Below, one piece after another: positions 62,301-64,000 of a stretch of DNA of 64,000 nucleotides. The translations under genes and the position numbers were made by a program. Every line of letters starts with the position of its first letter. The stretch's first letter is position 1. Location of the stretch: contig OZ024744.1 in the NCBI GenBank assembly GCA_964016885.1, positions 120,528,001 through 120,592,000 of the forward strand, in the 5' to 3' direction. This DNA comes from Eledone cirrhosa (Eukaryota). Under the pieces are notes generated by a model. That model made no database searches and was not told where the DNA came from. It was given only the letters and a program-made list of their open reading frames with translations.

Positions 62301-64000
62301 CCTGTCATAGTATCAGAGCTGTGATTTCTCAATTTAGATATTCTTTCCTGAGACATTCTAACCACATGTCATATTATCAGAGCTGTGATCTCTAAAATTT
62401 AGAGATTCTTTCTTGAGACATTCTAACCACATGTCATATTATCAGAGCTATGATATCTCAATTCAGAGATTCTTTCCTGAGACATTCTAACCACATGTCA
62501 TACTATCAGAGCTGTGATTTCTCAATTTAGATATTCTTTCCTGAGACATTCTAACCACATGTCATATTATCGGAGCTGTGATCTCTCAATTCAGAGATTC
62601 TTTCCTGAGACATTCTAACCACATGTCATACTATCGGAGCTGTGATCTCTCAATTCAGAGATTCTTTCCTGAGACATTCTAACCACATGTCATAGTATCA
62701 GAGCTGTGATATCTCAATTCAGAGATTCTTTCCTGAGATATTCTAACTACATGTCATAGTATCAGATCTGTGATCTCTCAATTCAAAGATTCTTTCATGA
62801 GACATTCTAACTCCATGTCCACAGAATCAGAGCTGTGAACTCTCAATTCAGAGATTCTTTCCTGAGACATTCTAACCACATGTCATAGTATCAGAGCTGT
62901 GATCTCTTAATTTAGAGATTCTTTCATGAGATATTCTAACCACATATCATAGTATCAGAGCTGTGATCTCTCAATTCAGAGATTCTTTCCTGAGACATTC
63001 TAACCACATGTCATATTATTAGATCTGTGGTCTCTCAATTCAGAGATTCATTCCTGAGAAATTCTAACCACATGTCTGTAGTATCAGAGCTGTGATCTCT
63101 CAATTCAGAGATTCTTTCCTGTGAGATTCTAACCTCATGTCATAGTATCAGTGCTGTGATCTCTCAATTCAGAGATTCTTTCATGAGATATTCTAACCAC
63201 ATGTCATAGTATCAGAGCTGTGATCTCTCAATTCAGAGATTCTTTCCTGGGATATTCTAACCACATGTCTTAGTATCAGAGCTGGGATATCTCAATTCAG
63301 AGATTCTTTCCTGAGACATTCTAACCACATGTCTGTAGTATCAGAGCTGTGATGTCTCAATTCAGAGATTCTCTCCTGATACATTCTAACCACATGTCAT
63401 AGTATCAAAGCTGTGATCTCTCAATTCAGAGATTCTTTCCTGAGACATTCTAACCACGTCATAGTATTAGAGCTGTGATCTCTCAATTCAGAGATTCTTT
63501 CCTGAGACATTCTAAACACATTTCATAGTATCAGAGCTGTGATCTCTCAATTTAGATATTCTTTCCTGAGATATTCTAAGCACATGTCATACTATTAGAG
63601 CTGTGATATCTCAATTCAGAGATTCTTTCCTGAGATATTCTAACCACATGTCATAGTATCAGAGCTGTGATCTCTCAATTCAGAGATTCTTTCTTGAGAC
63701 ATTCTAACCACATGTCATAGTATCAGTGCTGTGATCTCTCAATTCAGAGATTCTTTCATGAGATATCCTAACCACATGTCATAGTATCAGAGCTGTGATC
63801 TCTCAATTCAGAGATTCTTTCCTGGGATATTCTAACCACATGTCATAGTATCAGAGCTGTGATCTCTCAATTCAGATATTCTTTCCTGAGACATTCTAAC
63901 CACATGTCATAGGATCGGATTTGTGATCTCTCAATTCAGAGATTCTTTACTGAGACATTCTAACCACATGTCATAGTATCAGAGCTGTGATCTCTCAATT

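Larger units (their letters stand above)
1..64000. repeat. Tandem satellite DNA array, 64-bp monomer, about 1000 copies, single orientation, running off both window ends
   Basis: The motif gagctgtgatctctcaattcagagattctttcctgagacattctaaccacatgtcatagtatca recurs every 64 bp (e.g. ctctcaattc at 1861 and 1925; consensus unit 2487-2550). Most monomers differ from consensus by a few substitutions. Length variants: 65 bp (tccatgtccaca, catgtctgtag), 63 bp (tctttctgaga) and 62 bp (aaccacgtc). Confidence 0.99.

Noticed and set aside
1-64000. CRISPR array (the ~64-bp period and palindromic segments resemble repeat+spacer units)
   Set aside because: The whole unit is conserved. There are no unique spacers, no leader and no cas genes.
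1-64000. Coding minisatellite such as a C2H2 zinc-finger array
   Set aside because: The period is 64 rather than 84, the frame shifts every unit, stops are frequent, and the ORF track shows nothing longer than 65 aa on either strand.
1-64000. Embedded transposon, inversion, telomeric repeat or unique island
   Set aside because: Reading through the window I found only same-strand monomers; the largest irregularities are the 21-bp insertions and the 11-bp deletion.

Overview
The whole 64 kb window is one uninterrupted, head-to-tail tandem satellite array of about 1000 copies of a 64-bp monomer (consensus ATCAGAGCTGTGATCTCTCAATTCAGAGATTCTTTCCTGAGACATTCTAACCACATGTCATAGT; about 39% GC; no CpG). 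I saw no genes, RNA genes, transposons, CRISPR spacers, inversions or unique sequence. The six listed ORFs are read-throughs of the repeat. I cannot assign the organism or a named satellite family; it looks like eukaryotic (peri)centromeric or heterochromatic satellite DNA (inference). Two kinds of structure stand out. (1) About 49 of the 64 bp belong to three quasi-palindromes, and several recurrent variant monomers carry clustered or compensatory changes that perfect them. (2) Variant monomers occur in conserved order, forming a loose higher-order repeat (locally 16 monomers, 1026 bp) amplified by nested duplications of 0.45-16 kb, with older-looking layers on both sides of a younger 28-56 kb core. 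All counts and offsets were read by eye, and block boundaries are approximate to about one monomer.
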